Notes: generated from the letters alone by a model not told the origin. Counted from the stretch's first letter, positions 14,603 to 23,549 are shown. The stretch: DNA of 24,000 nt from Thermoproteus sp. (GCA_041287225.1 JBEULO010000067.1:1-24000), one strand, 5' to 3'. Numbers and translations are program-made.

Positions 14603-14875
14603 GTGGGCAGAAAGGTCAAGACGAGCATATATATAGATGAGGAGCTGTGGCGTATAGTCAAGGAGAGCGCCGCCTCGATGGGGGTAGAGGCCTCTGAGCT
14701 GTTAGAGAGGCTGATAGTAGAGGGACTCGATATAGGCCTGCTGAGGGCCCTTGAGGAGGTCGAGGAGGCACAAGAGGTCCCTCTCGACATAGAGCCTCTG
14801 GACTTGGGCGTGGAGGTCTCTCCCGTCATTAGGGAGTTGAGAGATGGACGTGCCGATAGGCTACTTGGACAGTAG
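14603..14875 (+). CDS. vapB: Ribbon-helix-helix (CopG/VapB-type) antitoxin
   Basis: 90 aa. The N-terminal RHH pattern is KVKTSIYIDEELWRIVKESAASMGVEASELLERLIVEGL, followed by an acidic C-terminal tail. It overlaps the start of the PIN-domain ORF downstream. Confidence 0.75.
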   Translation: MGRKVKTSIYIDEELWRIVKESAASMGVEASELLERLIVEGLDIGLLRALEEVEEAQEVPLDIEPLDLGVEVSPVIRELRDGRADRLLGQ

Positions 14876-15294
14876 CGCGCTTGTAAAGCGTTATGTAAAG
14901 GAGAGGGGGTCCGACGTCGTCGCGGGCCTTTTTAGGAAAGCCTACGGCGGAGATGCGGCTATGGCCTTCAGCGTATACAACATAGGCGAGGTGCTGACCG
15001 CCTTCGACAAGGCGGCTAGGAGATAAGGGAGGGGCGAGCTTTAATTACCGCCTCAAGAGGCTATTCCTCGGCGAGATGAGGCGGATGGTTAAACTCAAAA
15101 TATGTCGCCTAGTGCCCGTCAATACAGGCGTCTTGAAGGCATCGTGGAGCTACATCGACAGGTACCACATATATGCCGCAGATGCACTGCAAATAGCGTC
15201 GGCGAAATATGTGGGGAGCTCCGTCTTCTATACAGGCGACGGGGCGCTCTGCGAGGCGGCGAGGAGGGAGGGGTTGAATTGCGTCCTTTTGTAG
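14844..15294 (+). pseudogene. vapC: PIN-domain VapC toxin gene disrupted by a frameshift
   Basis: The N-terminal PIN part (IGYLDSSALVKRYVKE..NIGEVLTAFDKAARR) ends at TAA 15024-15026. The rest (..FNYRLKRLFLGEMRRMVKLKICRLVPV..HIYAADALQIASAKY..FYTGDGALCEAARREGL) continues in the +1 frame, which is open from 14998 to TAG 15292-15294. The conserved acidic PIN positions are split between the two pieces. Confidence 0.65.
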
Positions 15295-15300
15295 GCCGGC

Positions 15301-15510
15301 TCAAGCCCCTAGAATTTTCGCCTTGGTCTCCTCCCTTACCGGCAACCTGCCCGCCATGACCTTCATCTTGACTCTATATGGCTGGTACCTATCTTCGGGG
15401 CTGTATTTGGCCGGATGAGGCACCTCCAGGGGGCCGCCGCATTTGGGACATACGTCTTTCCTCAATGTATACGCGCCGCAACGGACGCAACGCCTCAACA
15501 GCGACTTCAT
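15301..15510 (-). CDS. nop10: H/ACA RNP protein Nop10
   Basis: 69 aa. It has the zinc ribbon RRCVRCGAYTLRKDVCPKCGG, then HPAKYSPEDRYQPYR, the classic Nop10 signature. Its ATG overlaps the aIF2-alpha stop (ATGA). Confidence 0.85.
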   Translation of the reverse strand: MKSLLRRCVRCGAYTLRKDVCPKCGGPLEVPHPAKYSPEDRYQPYRVKMKVMAGRLPVREETKAKILGA

Positions 15511-16304
15511 TGTTCTATACGCTGTATCGTAGCGATGACGCGGTACTTCTTGGCGGCCTCTTGGAGCGCTTGGGCCGCGTCGTTGAAGGCCGACTCCAGC
15601 TGTCTGGGCAACCTGCCGGTCATGTCTATCCTATAGCGGGGCGGCCCCACCACGTAGAGCTTGATGTTTATATTGGGGTACTTCTTCTTGAGGACGTCCT
15701 CCACGGCCTTTAAGGCCTCTCTTATCTTGTCGACGCCGTCGCTGTCTATGCTGACCGCCTTTATTATCCCCGAGATCTTCACTTCGGGGAGCTCCACGTG
15801 TTGTCTCGCTATCTCTATTACCGCCTCCTCGAGGCGTTGGGGCAACTTCAACGGCTTCAACACCTCGGGCCCCGTCTTGACGACCTCCTCGAAGGCCTTC
15901 AGCGGGTCCCCAAAGGCGTCCTCGAAGGCCCAGAGCAACCTCAACGCCTCTTGTTGCGGCAGGCCGGCCTTAGAGGCGGCGAGCTCCAAGAGCTTGTAGG
16001 CCCTCAACTCGCGGCGCCACTGGAGCAACTTCTTCTCTTTGTCTTGTTCCCTCACCCTCCTCAAGGACACCTCGACGACCCTCATCTTGGGGTTGACTGA
16101 GGTGACCCTAAACACGGCCTTCTGTCCCTCCTTTATGTACTCCCTAATTCCGTGGAACCAAGACTGTACTACCTCTTGCGTCGGCGCGAAGGCCTCTACG
16201 TCGTATTCGTCGAGGTATATATAGGCCCCGTGGTCGGCGATCTTCTTGACGGTCCCTATTACGAACTCCCCCACGTCGGGAAGCTCCTTACGCGCGAGCC
16301 TCAT
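15507..16304 (-). CDS. eif2a: Translation initiation factor aIF2 alpha subunit
   Basis: 265 aa from ATG 16304. It has an S1 domain (LPDVGEFVIGTVKKIADHGAYIYLDEYD..EAFAPTQEV), a helical middle domain and an alpha-beta C-terminal domain. The 493-aa ORF in the track is an artefactual upstream extension into the aglB region. Confidence 0.9.
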   Translation of the reverse strand: MRLARKELPDVGEFVIGTVKKIADHGAYIYLDEYDVEAFAPTQEVVQSWFHGIREYIKEGQKAVFRVTSVNPKMRVVEVSLRRVREQDKEKKLLQWRRELRAYKLLELAASKAGLPQQEALRLLWAFEDAFGDPLKAFEEVVKTGPEVLKPLKLPQRLEEAVIEIARQHVELPEVKISGIIKAVSIDSDGVDKIREALKAVEDVLKKKYPNINIKLYVVGPPRYRIDMTGRLPRQLESAFNDAAQALQEAAKKYRVIATIQRIEQ

Positions 16305-16323
16305 GGCCGTTGTGGCCGAGACG

Positions 16324-16332
16324 TTTAATAAA
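16324..16332 (-). promoter_or_regulatory. TATA box of the aIF2-alpha/nop10 operon (TTTATTAAA on the minus strand)
   Basis: Centred about 24 nt upstream of ATG 16304, immediately after the aglB stop codon (16334-16336). Confidence 0.5.
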
Positions 16333-16333
16333 T

Positions 16334-18649
16334 CTAGCTGACCTGATAGATGACCACCCAGCCGTAGGGCTTGGAGACGTAGACCAGCTTCAAATAGGGC
16401 GGCGGCGACACCGTCAAGAGGTCCGTCGCGTTTAGGCCCGATATGGGGTAGCAGAAGCCCGCCGAGGAGACAGTACAAAGGGAGCCTTGTATGACTTGGT
16501 TCTGAGGCGGTATTTTGGCGTAGGCGTAGTAGACGTCCCAAGGCAGGTAGGTCGTATTGCCTGTGAGTATGTTGACGGCGGGCACCCCGGCGAATATCCA
16601 AGTGGGGGTGTAGGGCAGGGCGTTCATCCAGTAGACCCTCTCCATGTTGAAGAGCATTGTGTATAGCAACGTGGTGAGGTTCAACGGCACTATTAGGTAC
16701 TGGTTGCCCACGACGAAGTAGGGCCCGGTCTGCGTCGCGCCTGTGAAGAAGTAGCCGAAGGGATTCGCGAGGTGTTGGGCGTAGCTGGCCGGGAGGCCGA
16801 ACTGCGTGACGCCGGAGCCGTATACCTGATTGGCTATTTGGGCCATCCAGTAGGACTTGAGGAAGTCGCCGCCCGAAGGTATCTCTGGCACCAACGTGCA
16901 GAAGGGCAAAGCGAACCACGTGGAGTTGCCGAGCTGGACGGCTTGGTTGTTCCACAAGCCGAATTGGTTGTAGCCGGGATACGCACATAGGGCGGTCCAG
17001 GGCATGAAGGCCACCACGTAGTTCGTCTTGAGGTCTTGCGTCAATATGCGGGCCCCTATCTGCACCGGCGACATGAAGGCGAGGCCTATGGTGCCTATTT
17101 GCGTCGAGTTTATAGTTGAGTTATCGGCGAGACTGGGCCTATGGCCCAGTATCGACACCCAATAGCCGTAGTCCCACCACTCAGCCACAGAGGCGTTCTG
17201 CGGGAGCCTCGTGGCCATCCACATCAAGGCGTCCAGCCAGTCGGCGCTCGGCACCGACGGCCCGGCTGTGGCCGACACGACGATCTGTTGGGGCGACGTC
17301 GCCTTGGTGGCCCAGCCCAGATGGACGAAGGCGGCTATAGACGCCACAGCGAGGAGGGCCGCCGCCCAGCCGAACCTCTTGGCCTTGAGGAGTTGCGCCA
17401 TTCCGACAGCGGCGGCGGCCACTGCGGCGGGCGCCACCAATATCAATAGGCGGACTTGAGTGACCGCCGTGTAGCTACCCGTGATGAGGTAGGCCAGTAG
17501 GGGAAGGGCGTACGGCCCTGTGAGGTAGGGCAGGGAGGCTATTATGAAGGGTATCACGGGGCCGTAGGAGCCCAGCTCCAACTGGAAGCTGGAGTAGCTG
17601 TGTTCCGCCACGCTCTGCACGATCGCCGACCTCCCGAAGGGCAGGATTGTGGCCAGGAACTTGCCCGAAATCACGTGGAAATACGCGAGTATGGGTATGG
17701 CCGCCGCTACTATCACGACGGCCGCCGCGATGATCCACGCGAACCTCTTGAGGAACTTGTAGGACCTCGCGAGGCCGACTCTGACCTCTAGGAGGTAGAG
17801 GCCGTCTACTAGCAACAGCGCCAGGGTGGGTATGAAGTTATATACTGAACGTAGGGTGTGGGGGCCGTATCTGAGGACGGCCGACTCGAAGGCGGCGAAT
17901 AGGAAATAGAAGATCGTATAGGAGATGGCCAGATTCCTCGTGGAGAAGCCGGGAGACATGCCTTGGGCGGTCCTCAAGAGGGCATACGCCATGAGGACCA
18001 TCGCCGAGAGGCCCACCAGGTTCCATATGTAGAACTGGGCTCCCCAAGTCCAGCCTATGAAGCCTATTGCGGCCGTGCCCAAGACCCCGTAGAGGACGGG
18101 CCTCCTCTTAAGCGCCTCGACCAAAAGGCCGAGGCCCAGCGGAGCCAAGAACAGGGTCAGAGCCTCGTCGTCGAACCACCCGCCGAATCCCCTCTCGAGG
18201 AAGGTGGGGGCGAAGGCCGTCAGTATTGCCGCCAGGACGGCGGCCTTCTTGTCCGAGAACCGAGAGACGAAGTAGTACATAGTGAAGACCGCGAGGGCGT
18301 TGTATAGGGCCGGGGCCACGATCACTGCACGCCACAAGTCGAAGCCGAAGGGCTTTAGGAGGAAATACGCCGAGAGCCCGTAGAGGGAGACTCCGGGTAT
18401 CAAGACCCTGGCCCAGTCGACGCCCCAGGGGTACCAGAAGTCGGAGAAATAGGCGCCTTTAAACCACCAGGAGATGCCGTGTTGGAGGGTATATTGGGCC
18501 AGATAGTAGCGGACGTAGGGGTCGAACTCGTCTATCCACCAGCCCCAGTAATAGACCCTATACATCCTGAAGTATAGGGCCATGGCGAAGGACGCCACCA
18601 ACGCGCTCGCCACTACGCCAGTCCACAAAAGGTCCCTCTTGGCAGCCAT
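16334..18649 (-). CDS. aglB: Archaeal oligosaccharyltransferase AglB (STT3 family)
   Basis: 771 aa. It has a multi-TM N-terminal half with an acidic first-loop motif (WIDEFDPYVRYY), the canonical WWDYG motif (AEWWDYGYWVS), and a soluble C-terminal domain. Confidence 0.9.
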   Translation of the reverse strand: MAAKRDLLWTGVVASALVASFAMALYFRMYRVYYWGWWIDEFDPYVRYYLAQYTLQHGISWWFKGAYFSDFWYPWGVDWARVLIPGVSLYGLSAYFLLKPFGFDLWRAVIVAPALYNALAVFTMYYFVSRFSDKKAAVLAAILTAFAPTFLERGFGGWFDDEALTLFLAPLGLGLLVEALKRRPVLYGVLGTAAIGFIGWTWGAQFYIWNLVGLSAMVLMAYALLRTAQGMSPGFSTRNLAISYTIFYFLFAAFESAVLRYGPHTLRSVYNFIPTLALLLVDGLYLLEVRVGLARSYKFLKRFAWIIAAAVVIVAAAIPILAYFHVISGKFLATILPFGRSAIVQSVAEHSYSSFQLELGSYGPVIPFIIASLPYLTGPYALPLLAYLITGSYTAVTQVRLLILVAPAAVAAAAVGMAQLLKAKRFGWAAALLAVASIAAFVHLGWATKATSPQQIVVSATAGPSVPSADWLDALMWMATRLPQNASVAEWWDYGYWVSILGHRPSLADNSTINSTQIGTIGLAFMSPVQIGARILTQDLKTNYVVAFMPWTALCAYPGYNQFGLWNNQAVQLGNSTWFALPFCTLVPEIPSGGDFLKSYWMAQIANQVYGSGVTQFGLPASYAQHLANPFGYFFTGATQTGPYFVVGNQYLIVPLNLTTLLYTMLFNMERVYWMNALPYTPTWIFAGVPAVNILTGNTTYLPWDVYYAYAKIPPQNQVIQGSLCTVSSAGFCYPISGLNATDLLTVSPPPYLKLVYVSKPYGWVVIYQVS

Positions 18650-18666
18650 GACGGCTAGATGTGCCC

Positions 18667-18676
18667 CCTATAAATG
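18667..18676 (-). promoter_or_regulatory. TATA box of aglB (CATTTATAGG on the minus strand)
   Basis: Centred about 23 nt upstream of ATG 18649. Confidence 0.5.
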
Positions 18677-18678
18677 TG

Positions 18679-18843
18679 TTATCTGGCCAATAGCTTTACG
18701 GCTATCTTGATGGGCCTCCGCTCTATGGGCGAATAACATTTGGGGCAGTAGCCTCCCCACATCTTTGCGACGGCCTCCACGGTCTTGGGCTCGACGCCCC
18801 TATACAGCTCGAAGCCGCAACTGATGCACTTCACGACGTACAC
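18679..18843 (-). CDS. Small zinc-ribbon protein (54 aa), absent from the supplied ORF track because it is under 60 aa
   Basis: Hand translation gives GTG-YVVKCISCGFELYRGVEPKTVEAVAKMWGGYCPKCYSPIERRPIKIAVKLLAR-TAA. Two CxxC pairs are present (CISC and CPKC). A TATA box sits about 24 nt upstream of the GTG, and the ORF exactly fills the gap between flanking genes. Confidence 0.55.
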   Translation of the reverse strand: MYVVKCISCGFELYRGVEPKTVEAVAKMWGGYCPKCYSPIERRPIKIAVKLLAR

Positions 18844-18862
18844 TTATCCCCAGCCGGGAGGC

Positions 18863-18872
18863 GTTATAAAGG
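18863..18872 (-). promoter_or_regulatory. TATA box of the small zinc-ribbon gene (CCTTTATAAC on the minus strand)
   Basis: Centred about 24 nt upstream of GTG 18843. It overlaps the stop codon of the upstream gene (18864-18866). Confidence 0.45.
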
Positions 18873-19409
18873 TTTACGGCATATATCCAGTGCGATACCT
18901 GGCGTCAAGGTGAAGCTCAAGGCGTCTATCTCGTCCTCTACTAGTTGCGGGTACTTCGCCTTGAGCCAATACCTGCTCCTGGCGGCCTTCCTCTCGTCGA
19001 CCAGCCTCACCGAGACGCACATGGGCCTCAAGCCCTCCAGCGCGTATTTGGGGTCCACATAGGGCGAGGACCCCATGGCCACCTCCGAAAGGCCCCTCAC
19101 GGACTCCAGAATCCTTTTGAGCTCGTCGCCCGGCACCACCACGTGGAGGACGGGGCGGCCCCGCCAGACCATGACGAGCCCGTTCTTGGCGGCGCCTAGG
19201 TCTATCCCCAAGACGGCCCCCGGAAGGGCCTCGCTGAGCTTCGAGAAGAGCTGTAGCGGTATGTCGCCGGAACAATCTATAGATATCCCGTCGCCGTCCC
19301 TGACCGCGGAGTCCCTCAACGTCACGTCGCCGGGACCGTAGCGTAGGGCGAAGGCGTACCTCCTGACCTCCTCGAAACACCGCCGGCGGCCCGTGAAGCC
19401 CAGCTCCAA
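18864..19409 (-). CDS. Putative RNase H-fold nuclease, RuvC/YqgF(RuvX)-like
   Basis: 181 aa with a TTG start. The C-terminal ~115 aa follow the YqgF/RuvX pattern: VLGIDLGAAKNGLV.., ..VAMGSSP.., VRLVDERKAARS, and VEDEIDALSFTL. The N-terminal ~65 aa are unassigned. The assignment is by motif resemblance only. Confidence 0.5.
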   Translation of the reverse strand: MELGFTGRRRCFEEVRRYAFALRYGPGDVTLRDSAVRDGDGISIDCSGDIPLQLFSKLSEALPGAVLGIDLGAAKNGLVMVWRGRPVLHVVVPGDELKRILESVRGLSEVAMGSSPYVDPKYALEGLRPMCVSVRLVDERKAARSRYWLKAKYPQLVEDEIDALSFTLTPGIALDICRKPL

Positions 19410-19424
19410 CGTCTGTCAGATATA

Positions 19425-20414
19425 GTGTATTTATATGCCCTTCGCATATGGGCCGTGAGGCTCTTCGACGCGCTTTACGCGAAAATCGCCGGGAGGCCCT
19501 TGGCGCTTACAGACGCAAACGACGTAGACGGCATAGCGTCCGCGGCCTTGTTCTTGAGGAGGCACCCAGAAGGCGTCGTGGTGTTGGCGTACCCCACAGA
19601 CGTCCAGAAGGGCAGATGGGTGAAGTGGCTCAAATGGGACTTCGTGGCGGACCTCCCCTGTCCGGGCAAGGCCGAGCTCAGGGCGGACCACCACGAGACG
19701 AACAGGCCCTGCGCCCGTCAAGAGTACTACGACCCCGACGCGCCGGCCTCGGCCGTATTGGCCCTCAAGGCGCTTGGCCTCTCGGGGGACCCCATAGCGG
19801 AAGAGATAGCAGAAGCCGCCAGACAGACCGATACGGCCGACATCAGAGACGAGGCCGTGCGGGCGTTGGATCTGGCCGTGAGGTACGCCAGATACGACGA
19901 GAAGTTGCTCATCGCGAAGAGGCTGGCCGAGAGGGGGCTTAAGGCCTTGGAGGACCCCGCAGTAGCGGCCATGGTGGAGAGGGGGAGGCGGCTGGCGGCC
20001 CTAGTGGATAAGCTGGCCGGGCTCATACCGGCCTCCGAAAGGCTGGCGGTCTACAGCCCCGTCAAGCTCCCGATATCATACAGGTCTTTGGCCATGGCGC
20101 TCCAGAAGAAGGGCGCCGCCTATGTGAACATCTTCGTGAGGCTCGGCAGGAGGACGTATAGGCTCTACTGCGGCGCCGATAGGAACAGCGAGTACGACTG
20201 CACCAAGCTGGCCGTGGCTCTAGGCGGCGGGGGGCATAAGTACGCAGCCGGCGCGGTGGTCAAGGGGCCTCTCCTCAAGCCCCAAGAGCCGCTATATAGG
20301 TTCTTGGAGTTGTTATCGCCCGACGTGCTGTACGTCCTGGGCGACTGTCCAAAAATAAATACAAAATGCGTATCGATTAAATATGATGAGAAGGGGGTTC
20401 AGCAGAGCGGATGA
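19425..20414 (+). CDS. DHH/DHHA1-family phosphoesterase (NrnA/RecJ-like)
   Basis: Motif I is TDANDVDGIASAA, the DHH motif is LRADHHETN, and the DHHA1 motif is GGGGHKYAAGA. The ORF-track start is GTG 19425. TATA spacing favours the in-frame GTG 19455 (MRLFDALYAK..). Confidence 0.85.
   Translation: MYLYALRIWAVRLFDALYAKIAGRPLALTDANDVDGIASAALFLRRHPEGVVVLAYPTDVQKGRWVKWLKWDFVADLPCPGKAELRADHHETNRPCARQEYYDPDAPASAVLALKALGLSGDPIAEEIAEAARQTDTADIRDEAVRALDLAVRYARYDEKLLIAKRLAERGLKALEDPAVAAMVERGRRLAALVDKLAGLIPASERLAVYSPVKLPISYRSLAMALQKKGAAYVNIFVRLGRRTYRLYCGADRNSEYDCTKLAVALGGGGHKYAAGAVVKGPLLKPQEPLYRFLELLSPDVLYVLGDCPKINTKCVSIKYDEKGVQQSG
19428..19436. promoter_or_regulatory. Shared TATA element between divergent genes (TATTTATAT)
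   Basis: The near-palindromic AT box is centred about 23 nt from TTG 19409 on the minus strand and about 23 nt from GTG 19455 on the plus strand. Confidence 0.45.
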
Positions 20415-20434
20415 TGGGACTTCAGCGGAGCTGA
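20383..20434 (+). ncRNA. Candidate C/D-box sRNA overlapping the 3' end of the DHH gene
   Basis: C box AUGAUGA (20383-20389), then a 12-nt spacer GAAGGGGGUUCA, a degenerate D' box (GCAG/CAGA), C' box AUGAUGG (20411-20417), a 13-nt spacer and D box CUGA (20431-20434). The total is 52 nt, the usual archaeal size. The D' box is poor and no terminal stem is evident. Confidence 0.35.
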
Positions 20435-20461
20435 CGTTTCGGGCAACCACGGCGGCCAAAG

Positions 20462-20469
20462 TTTTAAAG
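20462..20469 (+). promoter_or_regulatory. TATA box of alaS (TTTTAAAG)
   Basis: Centred about 24 nt upstream of ATG 20489. Confidence 0.5.
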
Positions 20470-20488
20470 CTCCATTCAATGGGGCTAG

Positions 20489-23164
20489 ATGCTTTCAGCT
20501 AAGATATTCGAGCGGGATCGTTTTTACAGGAAGCAATGCCCCGTCTGTAAGTCCTACTTCTGGACCAAAAAGGAGGACCAGATATATTGCGGCGACCAGC
20601 CCTGCGTCCCCTACGGCTTTATAGGCAATTCGCCCATACGTACGCCCGTAGAGAGCATTAAGGACTTGAGGGAGAAGTTCCTCCAGTTCTTCGAGAGACG
20701 CGGCCACACCCGCATCAAGAGGTACCCCGTAGTCGCCAGGTGGCGCGACGACGTGTACCTAGTGGGCGCTTCTATATACGACTTCCAGCCCTGGGTCACC
20801 AGCGGCGCGGTCCCGCCTCCGGCAAATCCGCTGGTGATCTCCCAGCCGTCCATAAGGCTGACCGACGTGGACAAGGTGGGGAGGAGCGGCAGACATCTGA
20901 CGGGCTTCGAGATGATGGCACATCACGCCTTCAACTACCCCGACAAACACCTCTACTGGATAAGCGAGACCACCGAATACGCATATGAGTTCTTCACGAA
21001 GGAGCTGGGGATCCCGCCCGAGGAGATAACCTTTAAGGAGTCCCTCTGGGAGGGCGGAGGCAACGCCGGCGAGTGCTTCGAGGTGTTGGTCAGAGGGCTG
21101 GAGGTGGCCACGTTGGTGTTTATGCACTACGAAATGAAGGAGGGCAGATACGTGGAGTTGCCCCTCAAGATAGTCGACACGGGCTACGGCCTCGAGAGGA
21201 TATACTGGATGGCCAAGGGCTCGCCCACGATCTACGACGCGGTGTTCGGCCAGTTCCTCTCGGCGGCGAGGCAGAGGCTGGGGGTGCCCGAGCCTCCGCG
21301 GGACCTGTTGGGCAAGGCGTCGGTCTATTTCGGCCAGATGGACCCCGAGGTCATAGGCCTCGAGAAGGCCTACGACGAGGTGGCGAAGAGGATAGGCGTC
21401 TCGCCCCAGGAGTTTCGGGAGGTCATGAGGCCCCAGGAGGCTCTTTACGTCTTGGCCGACCACAGCAGGACCGTCTCCTGGATGATCGCCGACGGCGTCG
21501 TGCCGTCCAACACGGGCGCCGGCTATCTGGCTAGGCTTTTGATACGGAGGGTCTTGAGGGGCCTCTGGCTCGCCGGGCTCGAAGCCCCGCTTGTGGAGCT
21601 CTTCGACCTCCACCTCAAATATCTGAAGGACGACTACCCCGAGGTCTGGGAGAGCCGCGACATAATACTGGAGCTCATAGACCTAGAGGAGAAGAAGTAT
21701 AGGGAGGTCTTGAAGTCGGCCCCGTCTCTAGTCAAGAAGGCCCTTGAAAGGGCCGGGGGCAGGCTGAAGGTGGAGGACCTCGTAGAGCTCTACGACAGCT
21801 TCGGCGTCCCGCCCGAAGTGGCTAGAGAGACTGCTAGAAAGCTCGGAGCCGATGCGGAGGTCCCCGACGACTTCTACTCGAAGCTGGCGGCGAGGCATCA
21901 AGCCAGGAGGGGCGGCGAGGAGGGGGCCAAGTTGCCCATAGAGCTGTCCAAAGTGGCCGACCTCCCGAGGACTAGAGAGCTCTTCTACGAGGACCCCTAT
22001 AGGCGGTCCGCCAGGTCTAGAGTGCTGAGGGTCATAGACGGCAAGTACGTAGTGCTGGACGCCACTGTGTTCTACCCCGAAGGCGGCGGCCAGCCGGCCG
22101 ACAGGGGCGTGTTGGTGCACAACGGCGGCGAGGCGAAAGTAGTCGACGTGCAGAGGCTCGGCAACGTGATAGTACACGTCATAGAGGGGCCGGCCCCCCG
22201 CGAGGGCGAGGAGGTCTACGGCGAGATAGATTGGGATAGGCGCATATCGTTGATGAGGATGCACACGGGGACCCACGTGTTGATACAAAGCATCAGGAGG
22301 GTCTTGGGGAGGCATATATGGCAGGCGGGGGCCCAGAAGGACATACCCTTCAGCCGCCTCGACGTGACCCACTACAAGTTGCCCACAGAGAGGGAGATAG
22401 CCGAGATAGAAAGGCTCGCCAACCAGGTGGTCATGTCCAACCTGCCCGTAAGGGCCTTGATAATGCCGAGGAACGAGGCCGAGGCCAAATTCGGCTTCAT
22501 AATATATCAAGGCGGAGTCGTCCCGGCCAGAGAGATAAGGATATTGAGGATAGGGCCGGAGGAGGAGCCCTACGACGTGCAGGCGTGCGGCGGGACCCAC
22601 CTTTCGAGCACCGGCGAGATAGGGCCCATAAAGGTCGTGAGGGTCGAGCGCATCGCCGACGGCGTCGTTAGGTTCATCTTCACCACCGGCAAATACGCCG
22701 TTGAGTACGTACAGAAGATGGAGGCGGATCTGGCGGCCGTGGCCAAGGCGCTGGGGGCCGGCAAGGAGGACGCGGCGGCCCAGCTGTCCAAATACCTAGA
22801 GAAGGCCGCAGACCTCGAGAGGAAGTACAAGAGGCTGTTGTCCTCCTACGCGGAAATCCTCGCGAAGACCCTACAGGCTGAGAGCCTGCCGAAGGCCGAC
22901 CTGGCCTATTTGGAGCTCGAAGACGAGGAGCTGGCCAAATCCGTCGCGGCTCTGGCGACCGGCAGGAACCCCAGACTCCTGCTTGTCGTCAAGTCCGGCA
23001 GGAGGCTGTCGCTGTTCAGCGGCAAGGAGGTGGACGTGGGGCCGCTCGTGGCGGAGCTCAGGAAGCTGGGCTTCAGAGGCGGGGGCTCCAAGACGTTCGG
23101 GCAGGGCGTGTACGAAGGCGATACGGCGCTACTTTTAAAAGCAGTACGCGAGTTCTTTGGCTGA
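20489..23164 (+). CDS. alaS: Alanyl-tRNA synthetase (archaeal type)
   Basis: 891 aa. It has the archaeal N-terminal Cys-rich segment ([16 protein letters not shown]), a class II core, the editing-domain metal motifs MHTGTHVL and CGGTH, and a C-terminal DHHA1-like domain ([13 protein letters not shown]). Confidence 0.95.
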   Translation: MLSAKIFERDRFYRKQCPVCKSYFWTKKEDQIYCGDQPCVPYGFIGNSPIRTPVESIKDLREKFLQFFERRGHTRIKRYPVVARWRDDVYLVGASIYDFQPWVTSGAVPPPANPLVISQPSIRLTDVDKVGRSGRHLTGFEMMAHHAFNYPDKHLYWISETTEYAYEFFTKELGIPPEEITFKESLWEGGGNAGECFEVLVRGLEVATLVFMHYEMKEGRYVELPLKIVDTGYGLERIYWMAKGSPTIYDAVFGQFLSAARQRLGVPEPPRDLLGKASVYFGQMDPEVIGLEKAYDEVAKRIGVSPQEFREVMRPQEALYVLADHSRTVSWMIADGVVPSNTGAGYLARLLIRRVLRGLWLAGLEAPLVELFDLHLKYLKDDYPEVWESRDIILELIDLEEKKYREVLKSAPSLVKKALERAGGRLKVEDLVELYDSFGVPPEVARETARKLGADAEVPDDFYSKLAARHQARRGGEEGAKLPIELSKVADLPRTRELFYEDPYRRSARSRVLRVIDGKYVVLDATVFYPEGGGQPADRGVLVHNGGEAKVVDVQRLGNVIVHVIEGPAPREGEEVYGEIDWDRRISLMRMHTGTHVLIQSIRRVLGRHIWQAGAQKDIPFSRLDVTHYKLPTEREIAEIERLANQVVMSNLPVRALIMPRNEAEAKFGFIIYQGGVVPAREIRILRIGPEEEPYDVQACGGTHLSSTGEIGPIKVVRVERIADGVVRFIFTTGKYAVEYVQKMEADLAAVAKALGAGKEDAAAQLSKYLEKAADLERKYKRLLSSYAEILAKTLQAESLPKADLAYLELEDEELAKSVAALATGRNPRLLLVVKSGRRLSLFSGKEVDVGPLVAELRKLGFRGGGSKTFGQGVYEGDTALLLKAVREFFG

Positions 23165-23547
23165 TGTTCTCCCTAAACCCCAGAGAGCTTGAGAGGTACC
23201 TCAAACGTATGGGGATAAAAATGGAGGAGGTAGACGCCGCATATGTGGAGATAGGCCTCAAGAACGGCGACGTGTTGCGCATCGAGGGGCCCGCAGTGGC
23301 CCTCTTGAAGCTCCCCAACAAGGTCTTGGTCTATCAGATCCAGACCCAGGAGTCCTCGATATCCCTCAAGAGGCGGGAACAGCCCCAACAGGCGCCTGGA
23401 GGCGGCTATACGCCTACAGACGAAGACATATCGCTCGTAATGGAACAGACGGGCGCGACTCGCGAGGAGGCCGAGCGGGCGTTGCGGGAGGCCAAAGGCG
23501 ATTTGGTGCAGGCGGTCATGTCGTTGATGCAGAAGAAGAAGAGCTAG
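23164..23547 (+). CDS. nac: Nascent polypeptide-associated complex protein (archaeal NAC)
   Basis: 127 aa. It has a NAC domain (NPRELERYLKRMGIKMEEVD..VEIGLKNGDVLRIEGPAV) and a C-terminal UBA-like domain (ISLVMEQTGATREEAERALREAKGDLVQAV). Its ATG overlaps the alaS TGA stop. Confidence 0.85.
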   Translation: MFSLNPRELERYLKRMGIKMEEVDAAYVEIGLKNGDVLRIEGPAVALLKLPNKVLVYQIQTQESSISLKRREQPQQAPGGGYTPTDEDISLVMEQTGATREEAERALREAKGDLVQAVMSLMQKKKS

Positions 23548-23549
23548 AA

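Noticed and set aside
16305-16988. The N-terminal 228 aa of the 493-aa ORF 15507..16988 (-), which would greatly extend aIF2-alpha.
   Set aside because: The extension is Arg/Pro/Leu/His-rich low-complexity sequence and lies entirely inside the aglB coding region in another frame. The recognisable aIF2-alpha S1 domain begins right after ATG 16304, which also has a TATA box 24 nt upstream.
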